A stretch of 63,284 bases of DNA, filler included, from Octopus bimaculoides (lineage: Eukaryota), in the NCBI RefSeq assembly GCF_001194135.2. It is 5 parts of 4 records of this genome, joined end to end, with 100 filler letters (N's around TTAATTAATTAA, not from the genome) between each part and the next. Parts side by side here need not be neighbours in the genome. Positions count along the whole stretch, not along the records: positions 22,753 to 39,159 come from NC_068995.1; positions 39,260 to 47,003 come from NC_068990.1; 3 more parts are not named here. The stretch is one strand, 5' to 3'. Position numbers and translations under genes: made by a program. Positions 31,001 to 42,372 of the stretch are shown here, in pieces (position 1 is the first letter of the stretch; each line of letters starts with the position of its first letter). Under the pieces are notes generated by a model. That model did no database searches. It worked only from the letters and a program-made list of their open reading frames with translations, and had not been told where the DNA came from.

Positions 31001-32972
31001 ATGTTTTATCTCCATTAGTTAATGAAAACCTCTTGATTGTCTTTTACATAGATTAAATGTCAGATTATAATTTTATCAAAGTCCCTATCCTATCATTGGT
31101 GGGATTGACAGAGTATGAGAGAGGGTCTCATTGTTAGAAGTATATCAGTATAACATCTTTGGCTGCTAGAAATAGCAGTCGAGCCTCAAATCACATCCAA
31201 CCATCTTCAACAAAAGAGGGAAAGGCATACAGAACACAATGTAGTTATAAATATACAGATGGGCTGAAGAACAACACAAGGTATTTTAATATCATCATAA
31301 AAGAAATTATATTGCCAAAAACAGCAGCCAAATTTCCTTTAGATCATGCCTTACTGTCTCAAAAAAAAGACATAAATATAAAAAAAAAGATGGAATGGTT
31401 ATAACTGGAACATCTTTCTTCATATTTTGTTTAAGCAGAGTTGACCTGGAACTAAATAATCATCATCATCATCATCATCATTTAACGTCCATTGTCCATG
31501 CTGGCATGGGTTGGACAGTTTGACCGGGGCTGGTAAGCCAGAAGGCTGCACCAGACTCCAGTATGATTTGGCATGGCTTTCTACAGCTGGGTGCCCTTCC
31601 TAATGCCAACCACCTTGAGAGTGTAATGGGTGCTTTTATGTGCCACTGGCACAGGAGCCATTTGCATGACACTCGTATCGACCATGACTGTGATTTTGCT
31701 TGGCTTGATGGGTCTTCTTCTCAAGCACAAGATAATGCCAAAGGTCTTGGTCATTGGTTCCATGAGGCCCAACACTTGAAAAGAACTCAAAAGAACTCAG
31801 CCACTTTGGCTCCCTGAAGCCAAATGCTCTAAAGGAACTTAGTCACTTTGCCTCTGTGAGGCCCAGTGCTTGAATGGAACTCCGCCACTTTGGCTCCCTG
31901 AAGCCAAATGCTCTAAAGGAACTTAGTCACNNNNNNNNNNAACTTAGTCACTTTGCCTCTGTGAGGCCCAGTGCTTGAATGGAACTCCGCCACTTTGGCT
32001 CCCTGAAGCCAAATGCTCTAAAGGAACTTAGTCACTTTGCCTCTGTGAGGCCCAGTGCTTGAATGGAACTCAGCCACTTTGCCTCCATGAGGCCCAATGC
32101 TCAAAATGATAATAATCCCAATACAATAAACACTATTTGGCTATATATAGAGCGCCCCAGTTTTCAACAAGAATCTATGCTCATCGTTAATGATGTTGAG
32201 ATATCATTTTCTACCTCATTTTCAGCAATCTAATCTGATTGAGATTATTTCAACTAGCAAGTAAATCTTAATCTATAATAGCCATTAACTTATTAATCTG
32301 CTCATTGAAAATATTTTCTGGATTACTGATTCATTTTTTTTTAACATTGCTTTTATTGTTATTGCTTCTTTTGACTTAATAATATATATGTACAACACAA
32401 TGTGAGCATGTATGTCTGAGTGTGTTTACTGATACAGTTGATACCTAGAGTTCTTTCTTTACTACCCACAAGGGGCTACACACAGAGGAGACAAACAAGG
32501 ACAGACAAACGGATTAAATCGATTATATCGACCCCAGTGCGTAACTGGTACTTATTTAATCGACCCCGAAAGGATGAAAGGCAAAGTCGACCTCGGCGGA
32601 ATTTGAACTCAGAACGTAACGGCAGACGAAATACTGCTAAGCATTTCGCCCGGCGTGCTAACGATTCTGCCAGCTCACTGTCTTAATAATGGCTTCGAAT
32701 TTTGGCACAACGCCATCAATTTCAAGGGACGGCCTAAACTGATTACATTCACCCCAGTATTCAACTGGTACTTATTTTATCGACCGCGAAAGGATGAAAG
32801 GTAAAAATCATCTTTGGCGGCATTTAAACACAGAACGTGAAGTCGTAAGAAATGCTGTTAAGCATCTTTCCCAAAGCAGTAATGATCCTGCCAGCTCACC
32901 GCAATAATAATAATAATAATAATAGTAATAGTAATAATAATAATAATAATAATGATAATAATAATAATAATA

Positions 32973-33003
<31 letters not shown>

Positions 33004-33026
33004 TAGTAATAATAATAATAATAATA

Positions 33027-33090
<64 letters not shown>

Positions 33091-34680
33091 TAATAAACAC
33101 TGACAACTACATAAATGCTATTAAGTCTCTATAACCACAGCACTCTCACCGTCACTCACCTCTTTCTTTCTCTCTGTTGCCCATCTTTCTCTCTCTCTCT
33201 CTCACTTGAAACAAATTCTTTATTTAAAATCTTAAATGGTCAGCAGCACCTAAACAGTCTAAGCAAATCACTTCAAATTAGACCAAAATTACTTGGATGT
33301 AACGCTGCATCCATTTACATTAGCTTGTGATTTATAAATGGAATCATTATATGTAGAGTGAAACTATTATAGTTATGTTTTGACTGTAATTATTATAATT
33401 ATCGCCAGTAGCTTAAGAATTCAAAGACGTTAGCACTGTGGCGATACAATTTACACTTAGAAACATTCTCTGTAGTCGCTACCATTTAAAATACTGCAAG
33501 AAACAGTGGAACATTGAAGGTATTGGCAGAAGACACAACATTTTACCATCAGCTATTTTTATATTTATTTAGCTTGTTTATTTTGTACTTGTTGAATGTG
33601 CAGGATGGGACAGTGTTCATGACCTCTGTAGGTCTTTTGGAAACCAGTGAGACTACTGACGTGACTGTCCCACTTAAAAAAATCACAGGTCAACATGTAC
33701 AGGAAAGACGTGAACCGGAAGAAGATACGAGAAAGCCAATGTTCTAAGGAGAAGCAACTAGACATAGAGGTTAGTGCAAGTGGTGGGATGGTGGGTACTG
33801 GACACAACAAGGGTGATGAGAGATGGAAAGACAGGTGGAGTTAGGGACCTCAGTAAAGTGGGTATATGACCAGCCAGATCTGAGGAACAGAGGTCATTAT
33901 AGCAGTGACAGAAAAGACAGAAGAAACAGCACACCACTGGACCAAATGCAGGATCATGTCTGTTAGTAATTTAACCCATTAGTATTTAAACTGGTCAGAT
34001 CTGGCCGCTCACACCTGCCCCACTATGTGATTCTAAAAATAGGCAATCATATCATCAAAATCTTGAAATTATGAGATAATGCTTAATAGGAATGCTAAAG
34101 GGTTAATGCCAATCAGTTGAATGTACCTTCTCTGTGGTGCAAGACATTTATATGTGTGTCGCAGTAGCAGTACTATCCTAGATAAAAGAACAATGTACTA
34201 TTCTGGGCTTGGCCTGGGCCTTGTAGCTGCTAATGGCTTCCTATCAGACTGCATCATAGCAACAGGTGTTGAAAGAGCTCTTTTTTTACTGCTCCCAATC
34301 AACTCTGGTGTGCCCCAGGGACCAGTTTAGTTCCCAATCCGCTTCATTCTGTACATCAAGAACCTATTTGCAATCCAACAACACTGCTCACTTTTGTACA
34401 AATGATATGACTCTTCATTTTGCCCCAGCCATCCCCAACTATGCATCATCTGCGCACACAACCTAGGCATCGAATACCAAGGCATCGAATACACATTCAT
34501 TGAATAAAATATTGAAAAGTAAGTCATACCATGTACGGCAATCCAGTCATTTATATCTTCATTTGGTGGTAAACGTACAACTTCTTTCAGATCAATGCCA
34601 GCATTCAGCGAAGCATTGGCCTGTTTGTGAAGTTCATACTTCATGGTGCCAGGTTCAAACCGCTTCTTGGGTCGAAAAGT
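24979..34680 (-). CDS. MOB3: MOB kinase activator 3 (MOB3/Mob1-phocein family); six coding exons, first about 13 aa not located
   Basis: Spliced: [204 protein letters not shown]; matches remembered MOB3 sequence; Cys/His Zn ligands present; all splice phases compatible. Confidence 0.95.
25258..25344 (-). CDS. MOB3: MOB3 exon (87 bp)
   Basis: cttccag|GAG GCT CAT ... CCT TTG|gtaagt; [29 protein letters not shown]. Confidence 0.94.
25790..25905 (-). CDS. MOB3: MOB3 exon (116 bp)
   Basis: atttcag|GA GTG CCT ... GGT GCT|gtaagt. Confidence 0.95.
26160..26395 (-). mobile_element. SINE, family of the 59125-59505 copy, in a MOB3 intron
   Basis: ACAGCCTGCTCGTGAAATTAATGTGCAAGTGGCT core plus tRNA-like end. 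Confidence 0.72.
27275..27408 (-). CDS. MOB3: MOB3 exon (134 bp)
   Basis: ttcttag|G TAT GAA TAC ... GTC G|gtaagt. Confidence 0.95.
27728..27925 (+). mobile_element. tRNA-derived SINE (major family of this window)
   Basis: AGCTGACAGAATCGTTAGCACGCCGGG...GTACCAGTTGCGTACTGGGG, homologous to 53288-53705. Confidence 0.75.
28253..28346 (-). CDS. MOB3: MOB3 exon (94 bp); absent from the ORF track
   Basis: tttttcag|TG GTT GAC TTC ... CCA AA|gtaagg; [30 protein letters not shown]. Confidence 0.95.
29030..29860 (-). mobile_element. Decayed RTE-clade LINE RT fragment
   Basis: [23 protein letters not shown]...RNVIFVLR and [12 protein letters not shown] motifs, with stops. Confidence 0.85.
30452..30650 (-). 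mobile_element. tRNA-derived SINE (major family)
   Basis: GACCCCGAAAGGATGAAAGAC.AAGTCGACCTTGGCGGAATTTGA core. Confidence 0.75.
31460..31790 (-). mobile_element. RTE-tail-related short element ending in (ATG)n
   Basis: (CAT)n TTAACGTCC...TCCATGCTGGCATGGGTTGGAC...GCCCTTCCTAATGCCAACCAC; fragments recur at about 23030 and 38440. Confidence 0.55.
31775..32100. repeat. Minisatellite, 84-bp unit of two related 42-bp subunits; spans a 10-N gap
   Basis: CCACTTTGGCTCCCTGAAGCCAAATGCTCTAAAGGAACTTAG + TCACTTTGCCTCTGTGAGGCCCAGTGCTTGAATGGAACTCCG, starting at 31801 and 31885. Confidence 0.85.
32430..32900 (-). mobile_element. Two tandem copies of the major SINE family
   Basis: CGACCCCGAAAGGATGAAAGGCAAAGTCGACCTCGGCGGAATTTGAACTCAG at about 32560 and a degenerate copy at about 32780. 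Confidence 0.8.
32902..33092. repeat. (AAT)n microsatellite
   Basis: Direct reading. Confidence 0.95.
34230..34480 (+). mobile_element. Decayed LINE RT fragment directly below a MOB3 exon
   Basis: [11 protein letters not shown] motif followed by frameshifted RT-like sequence. Confidence 0.6.
34530..34680 (-). CDS. MOB3: MOB3 exon (151 bp)
   Basis: tttacag|ACT TTT CGA ... CAT G|gtatga. Confidence 0.95.
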
Positions 34681-35381
34681 CTGTAAAACAGTAGAAAGAA
34701 CAAGATCAGTTACTAGATCAACACTAATCATTTATATAATGCATTTTTATAAATGTATACACATACGAAAGATATATATATATATATACATACATACATA
34801 AAAGTGTGTGTGCATGTGTATATACATACACCCACAATTTATTCTGCTAGTATCTTATTTTACTAATTGAATTTTCACAAATGCTTGATCTAGCAGATTG
34901 TATTATTGGCATTACTTGTTTGATAGTATAAGCAATCATTAAAATTATATTTTTTATAAATACAGTACGTCATATATACACATAATTATATATATTGTTG
35001 ACATCATAAGACTTTTATAAACTTTTGAGAGAATATGAAGTAACTCTTTTTTTTTGGAACAGTATACAGTGAAGAACACACAAAAAGCTACAAATAATAA
35101 GAATGTTTATAAATAACAGAATAAGGTTGAGAAACCATTTTGGATAGAAAAATTTGAAGGTAGCCTTGGACTTTTTCTATTAAAGGCTACTTTCAGTTTT
35201 TTCTATCCAAATCACAATGATATGATTACTCTCCAGTGTGAATATGTTTGGGATCAATTAAAATGCTTCTTCAAGAGAACAATTTACCATATATATATCA
35301 CAGTGAAATAGCAGAATATTGTCTATAGTTGTATGAGTGTGTGTGTGTTTCAAGATATACTATTCCCCAAAAATTATTTAT

Positions 35382-35425
<44 letters not shown>

Positions 35426-36139
35426 GGGGTGGAAATAGTGTACAAATAGATGTACAACTGTTACTGTTAGAGCACCACAGATCATCTTAATCCAGCTGTT
35501 ACTCTAGGGCTCCAAACAACCACAATAGGAACTAATACACAGGAACTATTATATAAATCTGTTTTTATCCTTATTCCTCAGACATACACACACAGAGTAT
35601 GCAGAAAAGTTCCTGGTTTTAAGGGTATCGCAAAAGGCCTGGTTGGAGGCCCAACCTTCTGAGTTCTTTTACAGGGATTAGAAAAACTGAAGGACTGCTG
35701 CAATAAGTGTGTGAATCTGAAAGGGGGAATACATTGAATAAATCATGATTTACCTATCCTCCTGCATTTTCTTTTACCTGAAGCCAAGAACTTTCCAGCT
35801 ACCCCCTCATATATATCAGGGATTTTACACTTTGTAAAAGTTGATATTTAGCAGTTCTACGTGACTGTAATCTCAATACGATGTCTTCAATGAAGAAACC
35901 CATTATTTGTCTAAGCCCATCAAAAGCCTATATCTGAGTTCCACACCACAGCAAGGTAATGATATAATGAATGCAAGACAACACCATACACATGTCTTCA
36001 TAGACACACATGGTATCAAAAAAATAGGTGTGAATGCCTTTGATCAAAGATCTGACTGAACAGACTTATAGTCAACGGCTTTCCAGCTGTGACCATTCCG
36101 TCTTTTGAAGAATATCTAGGGAATCAAGATGGTAGGGAT

Positions 36140-36530
36140 GTAATTTCGAGGGGAATTTAGTTGCTCTTTCTAACAGATTAAGAATCATATAAAGTCTACT
36201 TTGTTGGTTTGAATAAGGGAATTTAGCTGCTATTTCTCACAGATCAAGAACTACGTGAAAGCTCCATTATTAGCCTGATTAAGGAAATTTAGCTGCTATT
36301 TCTAGCAAGTCAAAAACCATGTAGAAGCTCTTTTGTTGGTTTGATTAAGGGTATTTAGCTGCTATTTCTTACAAATCAAGAACCATGTAGAAGCTCTGTC
36401 GCTTGTTTGATTAAGGGAATTTAGCTACTATTTCTCACAGGTCAAGAACCATGAAGGGGTGCCCCTTTATTGATTTGACTGAGGGCATTTGGTTGTTCTT
36501 TTTAGCAGGTTGAGCAATGATATAGCAATT
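36140..36530. repeat. Tandem repeat, 66-bp unit, about 6 copies
   Basis: GAATTTAGCTGCTATTTCT-like motif with ATTT at 36155, 36221, 36287, 36353, 36419 and about 36487. Confidence 0.8.
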
Positions 36531-37044
36531 TCTTTGATGTTTTTTAATGGCGACATAAAGGCAGATAACTTCAGTAGGCACTTGATAGAGTATGCCATGT
36601 TTTCCGATCAAACAGCACCTCAAATAAGGACACTATTTAGAGTGACAGATTACAACAATATGGTCCTTGAGAACACACACACAGACATCTGTGTTGGTTC
36701 TAAAACCATGTTCTCACAACATATTAGTCACATAGTGGGAATATGGTGAGGATGGAGATGATGAATCAGAAAATAAGAAATCTTGTCACAGAAACAACAC
36801 ATGACATAGCAAACACTGACCTCAAAAGACATTTGAGGGAAACACCTGGCAGTTTACTCCATTTGATAAAGATATTAGTCAAACCTCACTCAAGTCACAA
36901 GGTGGGGGGCAAGGACAGATTAATGTACTTGGAGACCCTAAAAGGACAGGATGGTCAACAAAGAAGTGCCTTTGATTATAAGCTTGTTTGGTTCGGTAGT
37001 GACTGGGGGGGGGGGAATAACAACAACAACAAATACTGATTAAC

Positions 37045-37215
37045 CAGTTTCAGTCATTTGACTGCGGCCATGCTGGAGCACGGCCGTTAGTCGAGAAAAT
37101 CGACCCCGGGACTTATTCTTTGTAAGCCTGGTACTTATTCTATCGGTCTCTTTTGGCCGAACCGCTAAGTTACGGGGACGTAAACACACCAGCATCGGTT
37201 GTCAAGTGATGATGG
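37045..37215 (-). mobile_element. SINE fragment (TTTGACTGCGGCCATGCTGGAGCAC family)
   Basis: Homologous to the fragment at 130-181. Confidence 0.65.
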
Positions 37216-38529
37216 GGAATAAAGATAAATCTTTTATGAGATGAAGAGCAGCTTCATCCCTGACACCAGAAGAGATGGAGAGAGAGAGAGAGACAGACAG
37301 ACAGATTTTAAACAAAATATACTGAAATTCATGTCAACCATGACCATCCTGTCTTTTTGTATATCCAAATTTACATTGTCACGCATGTTTTTACACCTCT
37401 CTCTTTTTGAAGAAGGCAGAGTGTGATTTCTGAGAACTTAACTATTATCTCTAGCAGATTGAAGCTCCTACATGAGTTTGTCTTGTTTGCTTACATTTCA
37501 CACACACACACACACACACACACATGAATGTATGCATATATGTATAAAATTGTCTACCACTCCCAGAATGGAATGAAGATCATATATATTCTCTTCTAAA
37601 CAGGATTAACGTTAGATTGAGCATTGCTATGTTTTCCATGTAAATAATCTTACAGTATTTATAATATTTCTCTTGATGTACTTCTATGATAGAGACAAAA
37701 AATTTAGTATAAGCTCAAAATGTTTTTAATCTTTTTTACTTTATATACATTGCTGGAAGTCTGAGGAAGTTCTAGATGATAACATTCTTTCTTCATCTGT
37801 TGACTTGCATTGAGCACAATGATGGATGCACTACATTTCATGCTAACCATAAGATTTGTGTGGTATTTTTCCATTGCTATGTCAGTCAAAGCTAATAATA
37901 CATAAGATCACTGCTCTGCACAGGAACATTGCAGTTACTGTGTAACTTAATGTGTAAGCTACACTAACAATTCATTGAAGATACTCAGCCATAGTATCTT
38001 GCATGAGGACAACCCAATAAACAACTAGGGCAATCAAGTAAATCGAATTGGCAACAGCTGCTTAATTTTATTGAGTACAGGATGAAAGGCAAAGCTAACA
38101 CATGACGGGTTCAATCCCACTGCATGGCACCTTGAGAAAATGTTTTCTACTATAGCCCCAGGACAATCACTACTGTGTGAGTGAATTTAGAAGATGGAAA
38201 CTGAAAGAAGCCTGTTGTATGTATAAGTGTGTGTGGTTCTCTGTGAGTCCTTGTCTTGACATCACATAGTGGTTGTAAACCAGCATCAACATGATACAAA
38301 TAATGTTACTAATTTCCAATCATCTGTGAAAAACATATCTGGTCACAGGAAAATAGTATTACCTTCCTTGGACACAGGTATGGGTTGATGACAGGAAGAG
38401 CTTCCATAGAAAATCTGCCTCAGTGGATTCCATCTGATCCATGCAAAGCATGGAAAAGTGGATGTTAAATAATGATGATGATGTGCAGGGCTCTTAAGTA
38501 TATTTTTTTTCTCTGATGTTCTAAACATT

Positions 38530-38762
38530 CTTATTTCTTTACTGCCCACAAGGGGCTAAACATAGAGGGGACAAACAAGGACAGACAAAGGGATTAAGTC
38601 AAATATATCGACCCCAGTGCGTAACTAGTACCTATTTAATCGACCCCGAAAGGATGAAAGGCAAAGTCGACCTCAGCGGAATTTGAACTCAGAACGTCAC
38701 GACAGACGAAATACTGCTAAGTATTTCACCCGGCATGCTAACGTTTCTGCCAGCTCACCGCC
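38530..38762 (-). mobile_element. Near-full major-family SINE with long tail variant
   Basis: Reverse complement of 53288-53520, including the GTTTAGCCCCTTGTG tail. Confidence 0.8.
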
Positions 38763-39259
38763 TTTGTTCTGATGTTCTAAAGATTCTGTTAATCTATCAT
38801 TGAGATAACCGATTAACCAAAACCTATACTGAATTCTTCAAATACTTTCCCAAAAAATTTCCAAGCGATTATTTCAGCTCATTTAGTTACATAAAAACTG
38901 TGTTTAATATTTCCTATTTGCTTTCTCTGAGAAGTAATAATTCTTAATTTCTGAAATATATTTATGTTCTTAAGAATTATTTAAGGAGAAATGGGGAAGA
39001 GGCAAACTTCTCAATCTTGTTGGTGGGGGTTTGCATAGTCAATGTTCCGACTGATTTGCCAAGTCTGGTGGTTAGAGGGAAAACGTGAGCAGGTGGGGGA
39101 TAACAGTGGGGGTTGCAGTTATGCAAAAGAAAAATTAGGTAAAGTTTTCAAGTGTGAAANNNNNNNNNNNNNNNNNNNNNNNNNNNNNNNNNNNNNNNNN
39201 NNNTTAATTAATTAANNNNNNNNNNNNNNNNNNNNNNNNNNNNNNNNNNNNNNNNNNNN

Positions 39260-39300
<41 letters not shown>

Positions 39301-39589
39301 CAAATGGATGTCCCATATTTCGCACATACAGTAACAACCATACCAACAATCCAAAACACTGCCATCGTCAGTTGTCCCTCGGATTTCACTATGGTTTCGA
39401 CACCTGGGCAGCAATGTAAGTCCATTAAATCGAGATAATCGAGGAGGTACGTTTTATTGCTCTTAAAATGAAACAATCTTGAATACAATGGAAAAATAAA
39501 GTTATTAAATTCTCGCAATGGATACAGAACTTTTATTTCCAATGTAGTTTTAAAAAATATTCTGCCATCGCTATAATGGCAGAGTCATC

Positions 39590-39900
39590 AAAGCGTTGAG
39601 CAATATGCCAGTTGATATTTCTTGTCGGAAGCGTTTAAAGCCAATGAAGACTCGTTCCATTTTATCCCAATCAGAGAATGATCCGGAAATGAAGGCACCG
39701 TCCATTGAGTAGCGTAACACCTCTTCACATTTAAACGCCAGCAATCAACACAGAATGTCATGATGGCGACATTTGGGGGCTGACAAAGACGTCATTCTCT
39801 TTCGTTTTCTGAAACCTGGCTGTTTTTTTAACAGCAAGCGGTACGTTGAGACGCACAAAAATCTTAGAGAAGTCAAAAGGAGAGAGAGACACTGAACAAG
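39590..39900. promoter_or_regulatory. CpG-enriched promoter-like segment (possible MOB3 promoter)
   Basis: CCAATCAG (about 39667), CCGGAA ETS-like (about 39683) and ATGGCG YY1-like (about 39763) motifs in non-repetitive sequence upstream of MOB3. Confidence 0.25.
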
Positions 39901-40819
39901 AAAACGACCCATATTCACCCTGATAATGCGTGTCCATATTTTAATAACAAATAGGCAATTACTGATTTGGACTACTCAGTAGTTACCCATCCACTATACA
40001 GTACGGACCTGGTGTCTTCTAACTTTCACTTGTTCAGTTCAATGTAGGGCAGTGGCGGACATCAATTTGATGACACGGCTGAGGTGAAACTAACTGAGAA
40101 GTGAACACAAAGTGTAATCTGAATCACTCTGTTAAAGAGGATTCAATGAATAGATTCGACAATGGTGCAAATGCTTCGCTTGTGACAGCGACTATGTAGC
40201 ACCTTTGTATAGAGGAAGAGTTAATCTGCCAACATGTGAAAATTTGAACCTATGTTTTTAATAAGACATTTCTGGCCACTTCTACAACGCTCGCATAAAT
40301 AACAAGACATTCGAAAAATAATTTGCATTTTCTGAAACTTTAAATTATATTTTTAGATGTATTTTAGGATGTGATTTGGTGGCTAAGGTTTGATTGATAT
40401 TTCTAGCAGGGCAGCGAAGCACATAGAAACTCCTTCGTTGATTGTCTGATGTTTTGATTAGATGCAGAATTATATATAATAATTATATACTAATTTGTTA
40501 CTTCTAATAGTAAACTGTACTTAATCTATGATACCTAATTACAGCCAATCGGATTGGACCAGAGATAAAATGTCTTCCCCACACCAAAGTACTGGACAAT
40601 ATCGCCCAAGAAAATTCTCCCAACTCCATCGCTGTCAAAACGTCACCTATAAACCGCTATTTCACAGTCCCTTATAGCCACCATCGTCGCCATTATGCCA
40701 ATGCTACGGCATCAACATCAAAGCATCACCTCCACGACGTCTTTTTTTCAATATGGACGCCTTTTTTTCCATTTATTTCTTACAAACATTAATACTGTGC
40801 AGTAAATTCATGCGTAAGT

Positions 40820-42030
40820 AGTTGGACGTTTCCTCAAATTTCAATCTCTACAAGATCTCTAAGCTCCGCCTACCAATTTTATTAGTGATGGAGGAATCCA
40901 AAGCTACAAAAGTAAGAGCGATCAGAATATTGTTTTTATCTGGGGATGAGGGAGTCACACTCACCAACAAGAAGTGGAAATCCGAGGAAGTTGTGAAGAA
41001 AGCGGAGACATGCTGGAGACGCCAGGAGATTGTTGGAGTTGTCTCTCTAGGATTTTTCAGTTTCAGCACCAAGAGATAAAGAAATACCAATGCCAGGAGT
41101 AAGAGTGCAAAGGATTTATGACTCAACAGAGAAGAGTCGCCGGATGAAGGCAGTAAGGCTTGCGCATCAAGGACAATTGATATTGTGGGACCAGGTGCTC
41201 GAGCGCTCACCGTCCTGAAAGGAACTCTGGGGCACTGACCATGGAAGAGTGTCCTTCATCCTTTATGTTGTCACTGACCCCTTACCAGCCCGAAATGGTC
41301 TTAAAATATGGGGTAAGGCAAAAAGACTCATCATGTAAGTAGTGCAGAGCAACTCTTTACACTCTTAACCACATTTTGATCGGATGCCCAACCGCACTGA
41401 GAGAAGACCGATACAAGTGGGGGCATGACAAGATCCTTGCAGAAATCGCCAAATGGACTCACTTGCAAATGGTCCAGGCTAACAAAGACTATCCACCACT
41501 ACCAAAAGATATCAGATTCTTAAGGGAAGGCAACCATTTTCTTAAGACAAAAACAACTGTAGGGGACCTGCTTTCTATCTTGTATTCAGTCTCAGACTAG
41601 GAGATGCACGTGAACCTGAAAGGCTGGCTTGACTTCCCAATGGAGATAACGGACCAGATATGTTCCTGCTCTCCAGGAGTATAAAAGCAAACATCGTGGT
41701 CGAACTCACAATGTCCTGAGAGGACAAACTCAATATTTCCCACCAGAAAAAGAAGACCAAATACCAGGACTTGATTGACGAAGCCCTTGTCAAGGGATAT
41801 CATACGGCATAATTGCTTACTGAAGTCGCCTACCGCAGCTTTCAAGCTAGATTGGTGCACTCTTTCTTGCAGAAGATAGGTCTGGAACACAAACAACTGA
41901 AGCAAGCCACCAAGGGGATAGGCACAACAGCTGAAACAAGCTCAAGGTGGCTATGCTTGAGAAGAGATGCAAATGAAACCCTTCCGTAGTTGAAGACTAG
42001 TTCAGTCTCCGCTGCCCCACTCAGACGAAG
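40820..42030 (+). mobile_element. Decayed R2-group (HERO/NeSL-like) non-LTR retrotransposon 3' part with restriction-like endonuclease
   Basis: C-K-*-C...HILIGC zinc knuckle followed by RYKWGHDKILAEIA, then IVVELT, KKTKYQDL and EVAYRSF RLE motifs; stops present. Confidence 0.8.
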
Positions 42031-42245
42031 TGAGGAAACTGAGCGGCGAAACACTTGTGACCATAAGATACCTGTTGACGATACGGAATGGTTTCGAACA
42101 TTGCGATGAATTTAGAAGTGCTTGCAAAACCTCTGGGTTGCTCCAGCAGTTCCGCATGGAGCAAAGCATCTCTGATGTTTATTTCACCTTCAATTTCTGC
42201 CTAATATTCAGTCTCTTCGTTCTTCCTTTTTTGTTTCTTCTTCTT

Positions 42246-42246
<1 letters not shown>

Positions 42247-42291
<45 letters not shown>

Positions 42292-42372
42292 TTCTTCTTC
42301 TTCTTCTTCTTCTTCTTCTTCTTCTTCTTCTTCTTCTTCTTCTTCTTCTTCTTCTTCTTCTTCTTCTTCTTC
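42247..42372. repeat. (CAT)n(CTT)n compound microsatellite
   Basis: Direct reading. Confidence 0.95.

Noticed and set aside
31775-32100. CRISPR-like periodicity of the 84-bp array
   Set aside because: There are no unique spacers (whole units repeat), no cas genes, and the context is eukaryotic.
37704-37889. ORF ending ..SNVYK|gtaaaa as the MOB3 first exon
   Set aside because: Weak donor and no similarity to MOB N-termini.
39541-39570. ATG GCA GAA TAT TTT TTA AAA (MAEYFLKLHWK) as the MOB3 start
   Set aside because: An in-frame TAA follows with no donor before it.
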